A stretch of DNA of 64,000 nt from an uncultured Actinomycetes bacterium (GTDB lineage: Bacteria > Actinomycetota > UBA4738 > HRBIN12), in assembly GCA_963704725.1 (NCBI GenBank), contig OY969934.1:1472001-1536000 (forward strand), written 5' to 3'. How positions within the stretch are numbered: the first letter of the stretch is position 1; every line of letters starts with the position of its first letter. The notes under the pieces are model-generated. The model worked only from the letters and a program-made list of their open reading frames with translations, did not search any database and was not told where the DNA came from. Position numbers and translations under genes: made by a program. Below are positions 19,978 to 29,132 of this stretch, piece after piece.

Positions 19978-21115
19978 GTGGATCTTCGGTTGAGCCTGCG
20001 ACGCGCACGACGCGGGGTTGCCGCGATGTTGGCGTTCCTGCTGCCGGGCGTACTGGTCGGCATCATCGCGGCGCCCGCCGGGGCGACGGTGTTCTCGAAC
20101 CCGGCGGCGATCACGATCCCGGCCTCCGGGACGGCCGGCGTGTCGAACCCCTACCCATCGGCCATCTCGGTGTCCGGGCTGACCGGAACCGTCGTCGACG
20201 TGAACGTCACGCTGAACAACCTGTCGCACACGTGCGTTCAGCGACGACGACGTCCTGCTGGTGGGGCCGAGCGGCCAGAACGTCGTGCTGATGGCGGAGC
20301 GGGAACTGCTCCGGCCTTGCCTGACCCCGATCACGCTGACGCTCGACGACGCCGCGTCCGCCTCCCTGGCGACCACGGCGATCGCCTCACGGGGACCTAC
20401 CGGCCGACCGACGAGCTGGGTGGCGCGTTCAATGGGACCCCGCCGGCGCCGGCCGGGCCGTACTGGTGCGACGCTCGGCGCCTTCAACGGCACGGCGCCG
20501 AACGGAACTTGGAACCTGTTCGTCTACGACGACTTCAGCTTCGACGTCGGCTCGATCGCCGGCGGTTGGAGCCTGGACGTCACGACCAACGGGCCGACGA
20601 TCACCTCGTTCAACCCGACGAGCGGTCCCCCGGGGACCTCGGTCACGATCACCGGGACCAACCTGTCCGGGTTCACCTCGGTGACGTTCGGGGGCGCGCC
20701 CGCCGGCGTCACCTCGAGCACGCCGACCCAGATCGTCGCGACGGTGCCGAACAACGCCGTGACCGGCCCGATCGCGGTGACCACGCCGAACGGGACGGCC
20801 ACCAGCGCGACGAACTTCACCGTCGAGTCGCTCAACCATTCGAGGGACGTGAGCCTGAGCGTCGGGCACAAGGCGAAGGGACGGGTCACCGTGAACGACG
20901 GGTTCTCGGCGTGCGCGTCGGACGTCCCCGTCAAGGTGCAGCGCCGCGAGCACGGGCACTGGGAGCTGGTGGGCACGGACCGGACTGCCGGCAACGGTCG
21001 GTTCGTCGTGTTGGGGACGAACGACCCGGGCCGGTACCGGGCGCTGGCGAAGAAGGTGACGCTCCCCTCGGGCGACGTGTGCCTGAAGGCGGTCTCGCCG
21101 GCCGTCACCCACTGA
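19978..21115 (+). pseudogene. Secreted protein with P-domain-like, IPT/TIG and C-terminal module; frameshifted in this sequence
   Basis: Signal peptide; NPYPSAISVSG..LLVGPSGQ..NGTWNLFVYDD; PTITSFNPTSG IPT repeat; aligning to its neighbour needs frame switches near 20236, 20388 and 20464. Confidence 0.65.
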
Positions 21116-21194
21116 TCCCGGTCCGGATGCGGGACTGGACGCGGGTCGGTACGATCCGCGGGCCATGGACACGGCTCGGCTCGATCGTGGGTGG

Positions 21195-22109
21195 ATGCTG
21201 ACGCGGCCGATCTGGCTGCGGTCGCCGGCTCGCCGGTCCGCCCTGGGCATCGCCGGCGCGCTCGTGCTGGCGGGCGCCGTCCTCGTTGCGGCGCCCGCCC
21301 GGGCCGACGTCTTCTCCAACCCGGCCCCGATCGCGATCCCGGAGCTCGGTCAGGCGAACCCGTATCCGTCGACGATCGACGTCGCCGGCCTCGACGGCAC
21401 GATCGAGGACGTCAACGTCACGATCACGGCGCTCACGCACACGTACCCCGACGACGTCGACATCCTCCTGGTCGGCCCCGCCGGCCAGACGGTCGTGTTG
21501 ATGGCGGACACGGGGGACGACGCGGACCTCGACGCCGTCATCCTGACGTTCGACGACGCCGCGACCGCATCGCTTCCCGACGAAGCCGAGATCGTCTCCG
21601 GCACGTACAAGCCGACCTCGGGGGCGACGTGCGACGACGCCCCGGTATGCGGGTTCGGCGGCGACGCCCCGGCTCCCGCCGGGCCGTACGGGGCGACCCT
21701 CGACGTCCTGAACGGCGCCGGCCCGAACGGGGCGTGGAGCCTGTTCGTGTACGACGACGAGGACTTCGACTCGGGGTTCCTGGCGGGTGGGTGGAGCCTG
21801 GACATCGCGACGACGGGGGGGTCGCCCGACCACGAGCGGACGCTGACCTTGCGCGTCGGCGGCCGGGCCAGGGGCGCGGTGCGCGTCGAGGACGGGTTCT
21901 CGGCCTGCGCGTCGCACGTTCCGGTCAAGGTGCAGCGGCGTCAGGGTGGCTCCTGGAGGACGGTCGGCAGGGACGAGACCGGGGGCGGCGGTGCGTTCGT
22001 CGTCCCCGGCACGGGCGAGCCGGGGCGATACCGGGCCATCGCCAAGAGCGTGGAGCTCCCCTCCGGCGACCTGTGCCGGAAGGCGATCTCGCCGGTCGTC
22101 ACATCCTGA
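21195..22109 (+). CDS. Secreted proprotein-convertase P-domain-like protein with C-terminal two-Cys module
   Basis: Signal peptide (APARA); NPYPSTIDV, HTYPDDVDILLVGP, NGAWSLFVYDD; paralogue of the upstream gene. Confidence 0.8.
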   Translation: MLTRPIWLRSPARRSALGIAGALVLAGAVLVAAPARADVFSNPAPIAIPELGQANPYPSTIDVAGLDGTIEDVNVTITALTHTYPDDVDILLVGPAGQTVVLMADTGDDADLDAVILTFDDAATASLPDEAEIVSGTYKPTSGATCDDAPVCGFGGDAPAPAGPYGATLDVLNGAGPNGAWSLFVYDDEDFDSGFLAGGWSLDIATTGGSPDHERTLTLRVGGRARGAVRVEDGFSACASHVPVKVQRRQGGSWRTVGRDETGGGGAFVVPGTGEPGRYRAIAKSVELPSGDLCRKAISPVVTS

Positions 22110-22117
22110 CCCCGGGG

Positions 22118-23269
22118 GTGAGCACGGCGCCGCGAACGCCACCGCGCGCCGAGGTCGTGGGCTCGCTGCTTCGGCCTCCCGCGCTCCGCGCCGCGGTCGA
22201 CGAGTTCTACGGTGCGGGGCATTCGGCCGTGCTCGCCGAGGAGCGCGAGAAGGACCGGACGGCGCTGCGCGCGCTGGAGGACGCGGCGATCCGGGAGGCG
22301 GTCCGGCGGCAGGTGGACCTCGGCCTCGACGTGGTCACCGACGGCGAGTTCCGCCGGTGGATGTTCCTGAACTCCTTCTACGACGCCGTCGAGGGGTTCC
22401 GCACGGACAACGTGGTCCACTTCCGCAACGCCGCCGGCCGCCGGGTCCCGCTCGCCGTCCACGAGATCGTCGACCGCCTTCGCCCGGTCGACTCGCCGGC
22501 CTCTCGCGAGGCCGCGTTCATGGCGGAGGTGACCGAGGGCCACCCGTTCAAGGTCACGTTCCCCGCGGCGTCGATCTTCGGGCATCCCTTCTCGTACAAG
22601 CCGGACGTCACCTCCGGCTACGGCTCGCTCGACGAGTTCGTGGCCCACGCGATCGAGATCGAACGCGGGCTCGTGGCCGACGCCGTCGCGGCCGGGGCCG
22701 GGTGCGTCCAGTTCGACTTCCCCCTGTATCCGTACCTCGTCGACCCGGAGTGGATCGCCCGTTTCGGCGAGGCGGGCCACGACGTCTCGGCGCTCGTCGA
22801 CGCGGCGATCGCCGCCGACACCGCGGTGCTCGAGGGCATCCCGGACGAGGTCACGGTGGCCCTGCATGTCTGCCGGGGGAACTACCGCTCGTCGTGGATG
22901 TGCGAGGGCTCGCTCGAACCCGTCGCCGAGCGCGTGTTCGGCGAGCTCCCGTACGACGCGTTCCTCGTCGAGTGGGACGACCTCGGCCGCGACGGCGGGT
23001 TCGAGCCCGTCCGGTACCTCCGCCCGGAAGCCCGGATGGTCATGGGTCTCGTCTCGACGAAGACGCCGCGACTGGAGGAGGAGGCCGACCTGCTCGGGCG
23101 GATGGAGGAGGCGGCGTCGTTCGTCGGGGGGGACATCGACCGCCTCGCGATCAGCCCGCAGTGCGGGTTCGCCAGCGTCATGGTCGGCAACGAGATCGAC
23201 GAGGCGACGCAGTGGCGCAAGCTCGAGCTCGTCTCGCGAGTCGCCGAACGCCTGTGGGGCGGCGAGTGA
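22118..23269 (+). CDS. Cobalamin-independent methionine synthase II family protein (single barrel)
   Basis: EVVGSLLRP, VTDGEFRR, HVCRGN, FLVEWD, ISPQCGFAS zinc ligands. Confidence 0.88.
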   Translation: MSTAPRTPPRAEVVGSLLRPPALRAAVDEFYGAGHSAVLAEEREKDRTALRALEDAAIREAVRRQVDLGLDVVTDGEFRRWMFLNSFYDAVEGFRTDNVVHFRNAAGRRVPLAVHEIVDRLRPVDSPASREAAFMAEVTEGHPFKVTFPAASIFGHPFSYKPDVTSGYGSLDEFVAHAIEIERGLVADAVAAGAGCVQFDFPLYPYLVDPEWIARFGEAGHDVSALVDAAIAADTAVLEGIPDEVTVALHVCRGNYRSSWMCEGSLEPVAERVFGELPYDAFLVEWDDLGRDGGFEPVRYLRPEARMVMGLVSTKTPRLEEEADLLGRMEEAASFVGGDIDRLAISPQCGFASVMVGNEIDEATQWRKLELVSRVAERLWGGE

Positions 23270-23275
23270 TCCGGA

Positions 23276-23761
23276 TCAGGACGAGCAGACGTCCGTCGCG
23301 TACGTGGCCGCCATGTCGCCGCGCTCCAGCGTGACGGGGTCGCCGGTGACGCTTCGCCACTGCAGCTCGAGCGTGATGGCGTGCGGCGCCGCCGACTGGT
23401 TGCGCTCCACCCACAGGTAGGCGAAGGAGCTCGGACCGCTCGCTCCCGGATCGAACGGCGCGGGGCCCGGCTTGCTCACGCGGGTCTGCCCGCCGATGTT
23501 CGTGCTCAGGATCCGGAACTCGACCGGCGCGCCGGAGACCACCGCGCTGACGTCGACCGTGATCGGGAAGATCGCGGTCGGCGTCGCCTCCAGCCCGGGA
23601 ACCGCCTCCCACGTGGTCGAGGACGTCGAGACGGACGAGGTCCGCCAGACCGTGTCGATGCAATCGACCGGCGACCTTCCGGTCGTCGTCACGGCCACCG
23701 CCGCCCACGCCCCGCCGGCCACGAGTGCGACGGCGCCGAGCGCCGCCATCACCTTCCGCAT
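23276..23761 (-). CDS. Secreted hypothetical beta-rich protein
   Basis: GGAGGA RBS; MRKVMAALGAVALVAGGAWA signal peptide; two Cys. Confidence 0.65.
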   Translation of the reverse strand: MRKVMAALGAVALVAGGAWAAVAVTTTGRSPVDCIDTVWRTSSVSTSSTTWEAVPGLEATPTAIFPITVDVSAVVSGAPVEFRILSTNIGGQTRVSKPGPAPFDPGASGPSSFAYLWVERNQSAAPHAITLELQWRSVTGDPVTLERGDMAATYATDVCSS

Positions 23762-23865
23762 GACGTCCTCCTCCGATGCGTCCGGCGGCCGAGGGTAGGC
23801 CATCGCGACCGGTACGTCGAGACATCCGATCGCTCGGCGCGAGGGCGGGGGGTACCATCCACCGC

Positions 23866-25279
23866 GTGACGGTGGGGGACCGGCCGCTCCGGCTCGACGC
23901 CTCTCGCGAGGACGCGCTCGAGCACGCCGTCAAGCTCGTCACCGAGGCGTGGCGCTCGTTCGACCGGTACCGCCCCGAGGAGCCGCCGCTCGACGAGCGG
24001 GTTCGGGCGCTCCTTCGCGCCTCGCTTCCCGAGAGCCCCACGCCGGTCCACGAGGCGCTCGACGACACGGCGCGCATCCTCGACGAATCGATCGCCCAGC
24101 CCCGGCCGCGCTACTTCGCGTTCGTCGGGTCGAGCGGGCTGGAGATCGGCACGATCGGCGATCTCCTCGCGCACACGTACGACATCAACCTGGCCGTCGA
24201 CGCCCGAGCCGCGACCGAGATCGAGCAGCAGGCCGTGCGGTGGGCCGCGGCCTTCGTCGGCTATCCGGAGTCCTCCGCGGGGGCTTTCACGAGCGGCGGC
24301 ACGATCTCCAACACGAGCGCGCTGGCTGCCGCGCGGGAGTTCGCGCTGCCGCGGAGCCGGTTCGAGGGGCTGGCCGGCCATCGCGTCGCGGTGTACTGCT
24401 CGCAGGAGGTGCACTACTCGATCACCCGGGCCATCGAGATGCTCGGGATCGGCGCCCGCAATCTCCGGGCCATCCCGCTCGGACCGGACCGGGGGCTGAT
24501 CCCCGAGGCGCTCGGCGAGGCGATCGACCGTGACCGGCGGGACGGCGTGACGCCGGTGGCCGTGGTGGCGACGGCCGGCACGACGCTCACCGGCGCGATC
24601 GACCCGCTCGAGGACGTGGCCGACGTGTGCGAGGAGCGCGGGGTCTGGCTCCACGTCGACGGCGCGTACGGGCTCCCGGCGGCGGCGGTCCGCCCCGAGC
24701 TGTTCCGCGGGATCGAGCGGGCCCACTCGGCCTCGGTGGACGCCCACAAGTGGCTGTACCTCCCCAAGGCCTGCGGCGTCGTGCTGGTCCGCCGGCAGGA
24801 GGACCTCATCGCCGCGTTCGCGCACGAGCAGGGGTACCTGCCGCACCAGCGTCACGAGCTCCACGCGGTCGACATCACGTTCGAGTACTCGCGGCCGTTC
24901 CGGGCGCTGAAGCTGTGGCTCGCGATGCGCGCGCACGGCGCGCAGGCCTTCCGAGACGCCATCGAGCGCAACCTGGGCGAGGCGCACCTGCTGTGGGAGA
25001 CCATCGAACGGCGGGAGCGAGTTCGAGGCGCTGGCCGAGCCGAGGCTCTCGATCGTGCCCTTCCGCCACGTGCCATCGGGGATCCCCGACCTCAACGAGC
25101 ACAACCAGCGGCTGGCCGACGCCCTGCAGGAGGACGGACGGTTCTGGATCGCCAGCGCGCTCATCGACGGCGAGGTCTGGCTCCGCCCGTGCTTCGTCAA
25201 CTTCCGCACCACCGAGGAGGACGTCCTCGACCTCCTCGACGTGGCGGCCGAGCTCGGCGAGAAGCTCGTCGGCGCTTAG
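23866..25279 (+). CDS. Group II PLP-dependent decarboxylase (aromatic amino acid/DABA type); one frameshift near 25014
   Basis: PRYFAF, FTSGGTISN, HYS, TAGTT..GAIDP, WLHVDGAYG, DAHKWL; the C-terminus (WLRPCFVNFRT) continues in another frame. Confidence 0.85.
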
Positions 25280-25316
25280 CCTCTAGACTGCCCGCGGCAT
25301 CCGACCGGAGGGATCG

Positions 25317-25808
25317 ATGACCGAGCCGCTCGTCGGCGTCGTGATGGGCTCGACGTCGGACTGGGAGACGATGCAGCACTGCGCAGAGCAGCTGCGGGCG
25401 TTCGGCGTTGCGTTCGAGGCCCGCGTGCTCTCGGCCCACCGGACCCCGAACGAGCTGTCGGAATGGATCCGCGAGGCCGAGTCGCGCGGGGTCGAGGTGT
25501 TCGTCGCCGCCGCGGGGATGGCCGCGGCGCTGCCCGGCGTCGTGGCGTCGCAGACCACGCGGCCGGTGCTCGGCGTGCCGATGGAGACGAGGCTCGCCGG
25601 CGGGCTCGACTCGCTCCTGTCGATGGTGCAGATGCCGGGCGGGATCCCGGTTGGCGTGCTCGCGATCGGCAGGGCCGGCGCCGTGAACGCCGCGATCCTG
25701 GCCACCCAGATCCTGGCGGCCTCGCGCCCCGAGCTTCGGGCCGCCGTCGAGGGCCACCGGGCCGAGCAGGCCGCCCGGATCCTGGCCGAATCCGACCCCT
25801 CGGCCTGA
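25317..25808 (+). CDS. purE: N5-CAIR mutase / AIR carboxylase
   Basis: VMGSTSD, SAHRTP, PVLGVP, DSLLSMVQMPGGIPV. Confidence 0.95.
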   Translation: MTEPLVGVVMGSTSDWETMQHCAEQLRAFGVAFEARVLSAHRTPNELSEWIREAESRGVEVFVAAAGMAAALPGVVASQTTRPVLGVPMETRLAGGLDSLLSMVQMPGGIPVGVLAIGRAGAVNAAILATQILAASRPELRAAVEGHRAEQAARILAESDPSA

Positions 25809-26074
25809 TGCCGTACCTGACGTGTCCGTGGTGCCTGGTGCCCCAGCACGTCGACGATCGCGCTCCCGGATACCAATGCGCCACGTGCTACGGACAGATC
25901 CGCTTCTTCAAGTGCCCGCTGTGCGGCCTGGTCCAGACGGTGAGCGAGCGCTGGGAGGCGTTCACGTGCGAGCGGTGCGAGCAGAAGATCGACCTGCCGT
26001 ACCGATGGAGCTACGACGCGAACGCCAGGGCCATGCTCGTCGAGGGGACGGGCCACCCCTGGCCCCGGCTGTGA
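25808..26074 (+). CDS. Small protein with four CxxC motifs (zinc ribbons)
   Basis: TGATG coupling to purE; CPWC, CATC, CPLC, CERC in 88 aa. Confidence 0.75.
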   Translation: MPYLTCPWCLVPQHVDDRAPGYQCATCYGQIRFFKCPLCGLVQTVSERWEAFTCERCEQKIDLPYRWSYDANARAMLVEGTGHPWPRL

Positions 26075-26075
26075 G

Positions 26076-26933
26076 TCACCCGCGCTTGCGGTAGGCCCAC
26101 CAGGCCGTGCTCGAGGCGAGCAGGCCGACGACCATCGCGCCGCCGAAGCGCATCAGCCCCGACAGGCGCTGGATGACGACGAGCGGCTCCGGTTGCAGGT
26201 CGAGGAGCGCCTTGAGCTGCTGCCCCGTCATCTGGACGGCCCGCGCGTGCTCGATCGCCGCGTCCTTCCATACGAACCACAGGACGGCCGAGATCACGAC
26301 GGCGACGGCTCCGGCCATCGAGGCGAGGATCGAGATCGAGGGGCTCACGAACCACGGCATCGCGGAGCCGCGGTCGAAGCCGTAGAGGAACCACACCACG
26401 CCGTAGACACCGAGCACGGCGGCGAGACCCTGACCGACCATCCCGACCAACGCAGCCTGGCCCTTCAGCGTGATCTCCCCGACCAGGCGGGGATCCACGC
26501 GGTCGGTGGTGTCCGTGATCACCAACCGGACCCACGGGTCGCCGATCGCCCTCCAGGCGAGCACGGCGGCGCCGAGCGCGGCGAGCGACGCGACGAGCAT
26601 GGCGAAGTCCGGTCTGGCCGAGCTCCGACCCTCGCCGGGGAGGGCGCGACGGACGCTCAGGTCCGGGACCGGGCGAGGCGCCGGAGCAGGGGCGGCGGGA
26701 GTGGCCCAGACCGCGGGTTGCGGCCGGGCGGCCTCTTCCTGGGGGAAGCCCACGCGCGATCCGCGGGACCCGGCCGAGGCGGTCGGGGCGCCGAGGATCG
26801 GCGAGCTGACGGCTGTCCGTGCGGGCTCGCGCTCGGCGCCGGGCTCGCGCTCCTGCAGGAGCGACTTCCCGCACCGGGTGCATCGGATGACCGAGTCTCG
26901 CAGCTCGGCCTCGCAGAACGGACAGGGCTTCAC
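26076..26933 (-). CDS. Zinc-ribbon membrane protein
   Basis: GGAG before GTG; KPCPFC..IRCTRC, Pro/Ala linker, about four TM segments. Confidence 0.75.
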   Translation of the reverse strand: MKPCPFCEAELRDSVIRCTRCGKSLLQEREPGAEREPARTAVSSPILGAPTASAGSRGSRVGFPQEEAARPQPAVWATPAAPAPAPRPVPDLSVRRALPGEGRSSARPDFAMLVASLAALGAAVLAWRAIGDPWVRLVITDTTDRVDPRLVGEITLKGQAALVGMVGQGLAAVLGVYGVVWFLYGFDRGSAMPWFVSPSISILASMAGAVAVVISAVLWFVWKDAAIEHARAVQMTGQQLKALLDLQPEPLVVIQRLSGLMRFGGAMVVGLLASSTAWWAYRKRG

Positions 26934-27134
26934 CTCCAGGGTTTCGACCCCCGGCCCGACGCTCTTGAGCAGCCGGCCGCGAGATCCGTGCTCGGTGCGT
27001 GCCCGGGACGCCCCCCGATCGATCGGGCTCGTGAACCAGGCACCCTTCCGTGCGCGTTTGGGACCGCGAGGTCCCGGGTACGCGTGGCGAGGAACGTTGC
27101 GTGGATCCCCCCGCGGGATCGAGGGAGTGACGGC

Positions 27135-27446
27135 ATGCTTGGCCTCTCGGTGGAGCGCGTGTCCGATCGCGCGTTCGTCGCGGCGGGCGAGCTCGACCTC
27201 TCCACCGCCGATCGGTTCGACTCGGTGATGGCGAGGGCCAAGGGCAACGCCGATCCCATCCTGCTCGACCTGTCGGGCGTGACGTTCATCGACAGCTCCG
27301 GGATCCGCAGCCTGATCCGGCTCGGCCTGCTCCTGCGAGAGACCGGGTTGATCCTGCGCGACCCGTCGCCGCGCGTGCGGCAGATCCTCGAGCTGCGGGG
27401 CCTCGACGCCGCGGGACTGTGGAGCGTCGAGCCGGCCGGCGTCTGA
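27135..27446 (+). CDS. STAS-domain anti-sigma factor antagonist
   Basis: GELDLSTA, LDLSGVTFIDSSG (phosphoacceptor Ser), PSPRVRQILEL. Confidence 0.9.
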   Translation: MLGLSVERVSDRAFVAAGELDLSTADRFDSVMARAKGNADPILLDLSGVTFIDSSGIRSLIRLGLLLRETGLILRDPSPRVRQILELRGLDAAGLWSVEPAGV

Positions 27447-27479
27447 CCGGATCGGCTCGGCCGTCGGTAGCCTGTCGCC

Positions 27480-28127
27480 GTGAGGCGTGCCCTCGCCGGC
27501 GGTCTGATCTTGGCGATCCTGCTCGTTCCCGCCGTGGCGTGGGCGGGCGATCCTCCGTTCGAGGCGTCCGTGTCGCGACTGGATCGCGAGACACGGCAGA
27601 TGATGATCGGAGGCTCCTGGCATCCGGGCTGCCCGGTTCCCCTGAGGAACCTCCGGCTCGTCCGGCTCACCTTCTGGGGCTTCGACGACGCGGCGCACCA
27701 GGGGGAGCTGATCGTGCACCGCGGATGGGCCGACGAGATCGTCCGGGTGTTCCACCGGCTGTACCTGCGCCGGTTCCCGATCCGCAGGATGGAGCTCGTG
27801 GACGCCTACGGCGCCGACGACCGGGAGTCGATGCGCCACGACAACACATCGGCGTTCAACTGCCGGTTCGTGGCCGGGACCACGACGTGGTCGCAGCACG
27901 CGTACGGGCGGGCGATCGACGTCAACCCCGTCGAGAACCCCTACGTCCGAGGCTCGCACGTCTCGCCCAGGCGGGGGAGGCGGTTCCTCGACCGCTCGGA
28001 CGTGCGCTCCGGCATGGTCGTCGAGGGCGATGTGGCGTGGCGGGCCTTCGACCGCATCGGCTGGGGATGGGGCGGGAGCTGGACCGGCGCCCGGGACTAC
28101 CAGCACTTCTCCGCGAACGGACGGTAG
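27480..28127 (+). CDS. Secreted M15 family metallopeptidase (D,D-carboxypeptidase-like)
   Basis: Signal peptide; NTSAFNCR, SQHAYGRAID, WGGSW..DYQHF. Confidence 0.88.
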   Translation: MRRALAGGLILAILLVPAVAWAGDPPFEASVSRLDRETRQMMIGGSWHPGCPVPLRNLRLVRLTFWGFDDAAHQGELIVHRGWADEIVRVFHRLYLRRFPIRRMELVDAYGADDRESMRHDNTSAFNCRFVAGTTTWSQHAYGRAIDVNPVENPYVRGSHVSPRRGRRFLDRSDVRSGMVVEGDVAWRAFDRIGWGWGGSWTGARDYQHFSANGR

Positions 28128-28220
28128 GCGCCGGATCCGAGTTGCGCTTCGAGGCGACCGTGTGTAGCATCGACATTCAGAATCTTCTGAAGCTCCCGCT
28201 TTGATCGAAAGGTGGTCGGG

Positions 28221-29132
28221 ATGGCTCCGGCGATCGTCACCCAGGGACTGTCCAAGCGCTTCGGATCGACGGACGCGCTCGTCGGCTTGGATCTGGAGGT
28301 CCCGGAGGGCGAGGTCCTCGGGTACCTGGGCCCGAACGGGGCGGGGAAGACCACGACGATCCGGCTGCTGCTCGGCCTGATCCGGGGCACCGCGGGCCGG
28401 GCCGAGATCTTCGGCATCGATTGCCAGGCCGATCCCGTGGCGGCTCATCGCCGCGTTGCCTACGTGCCCGGCGAGGCGAACCTGTGGCCCTCGCTCACCG
28501 GGACCGAGACCCTGCACCTGCTCGGCCGGGTGCACGGCCGCGTGGACACGTCCTACCGAGACCTGCTGATCGAACGGTTCGAGCTCGACCCGTCGAAGAA
28601 GGTGCGTGCGTACTCCAAGGGCAACCGGCAGAAGCTGATCCTGATCGCCGGCCTCATGTCGAGAGCCGACGTGCTCCTGCTGGACGAGCCGACGGCCGGA
28701 CTCGACCCGCTCATGGAGCGGGTCTTCCGGGAGTGCGCGGTGCAGGCGAGGGAGCGCGGCCAGACCCTCTTCCTGTCCTCGCACATCCTGTCCGAGGTGG
28801 AGGCGCTGTGCGACCGCATCGCGATCCTGCGCGCGGGTCACTTGGTGGAGGTGGGAACCCTGGCCGAGATGCGCCACCTCTCGGCGCTGTCGATCGACGC
28901 GGAGCTCGACGGCACGGTGCCGGACCTCTCGACGGTGCCGGGCGTGAGCGCGGTGGAGGTCGACGGGCGCCGGGTTCGGTGTCAGGTCACCGGCTCGGTC
29001 GAGCCGCTCCTCCTCGTGTTGGCCGGAGCCGGCGTGCAGCACCTCACGAGCCGAGAGCCGTCGCTCGAAGAGCTGTTCATGGCGCACTACGGAGACGACG
29101 GCCCCTCCAAGGAGGCCGGCGATGCCGCGTAG
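28221..29132 (+). CDS. ABC-2 exporter ATP-binding protein
   Basis: GPNGAGKTT, YSKGNRQK, LLDEPT, SSHILSE. Confidence 0.92.
   Translation: MAPAIVTQGLSKRFGSTDALVGLDLEVPEGEVLGYLGPNGAGKTTTIRLLLGLIRGTAGRAEIFGIDCQADPVAAHRRVAYVPGEANLWPSLTGTETLHLLGRVHGRVDTSYRDLLIERFELDPSKKVRAYSKGNRQKLILIAGLMSRADVLLLDEPTAGLDPLMERVFRECAVQARERGQTLFLSSHILSEVEALCDRIAILRAGHLVEVGTLAEMRHLSALSIDAELDGTVPDLSTVPGVSAVEVDGRRVRCQVTGSVEPLLLVLAGAGVQHLTSREPSLEELFMAHYGDDGPSKEAGDAA

Noticed and set aside
25013-25015. Frameshift in the PLP decarboxylase as programmed recoding or a true pseudogene
   Set aside because: Removing one G from a GGG run restores the frame; there is no slippery heptamer; most likely a homopolymer sequencing error.
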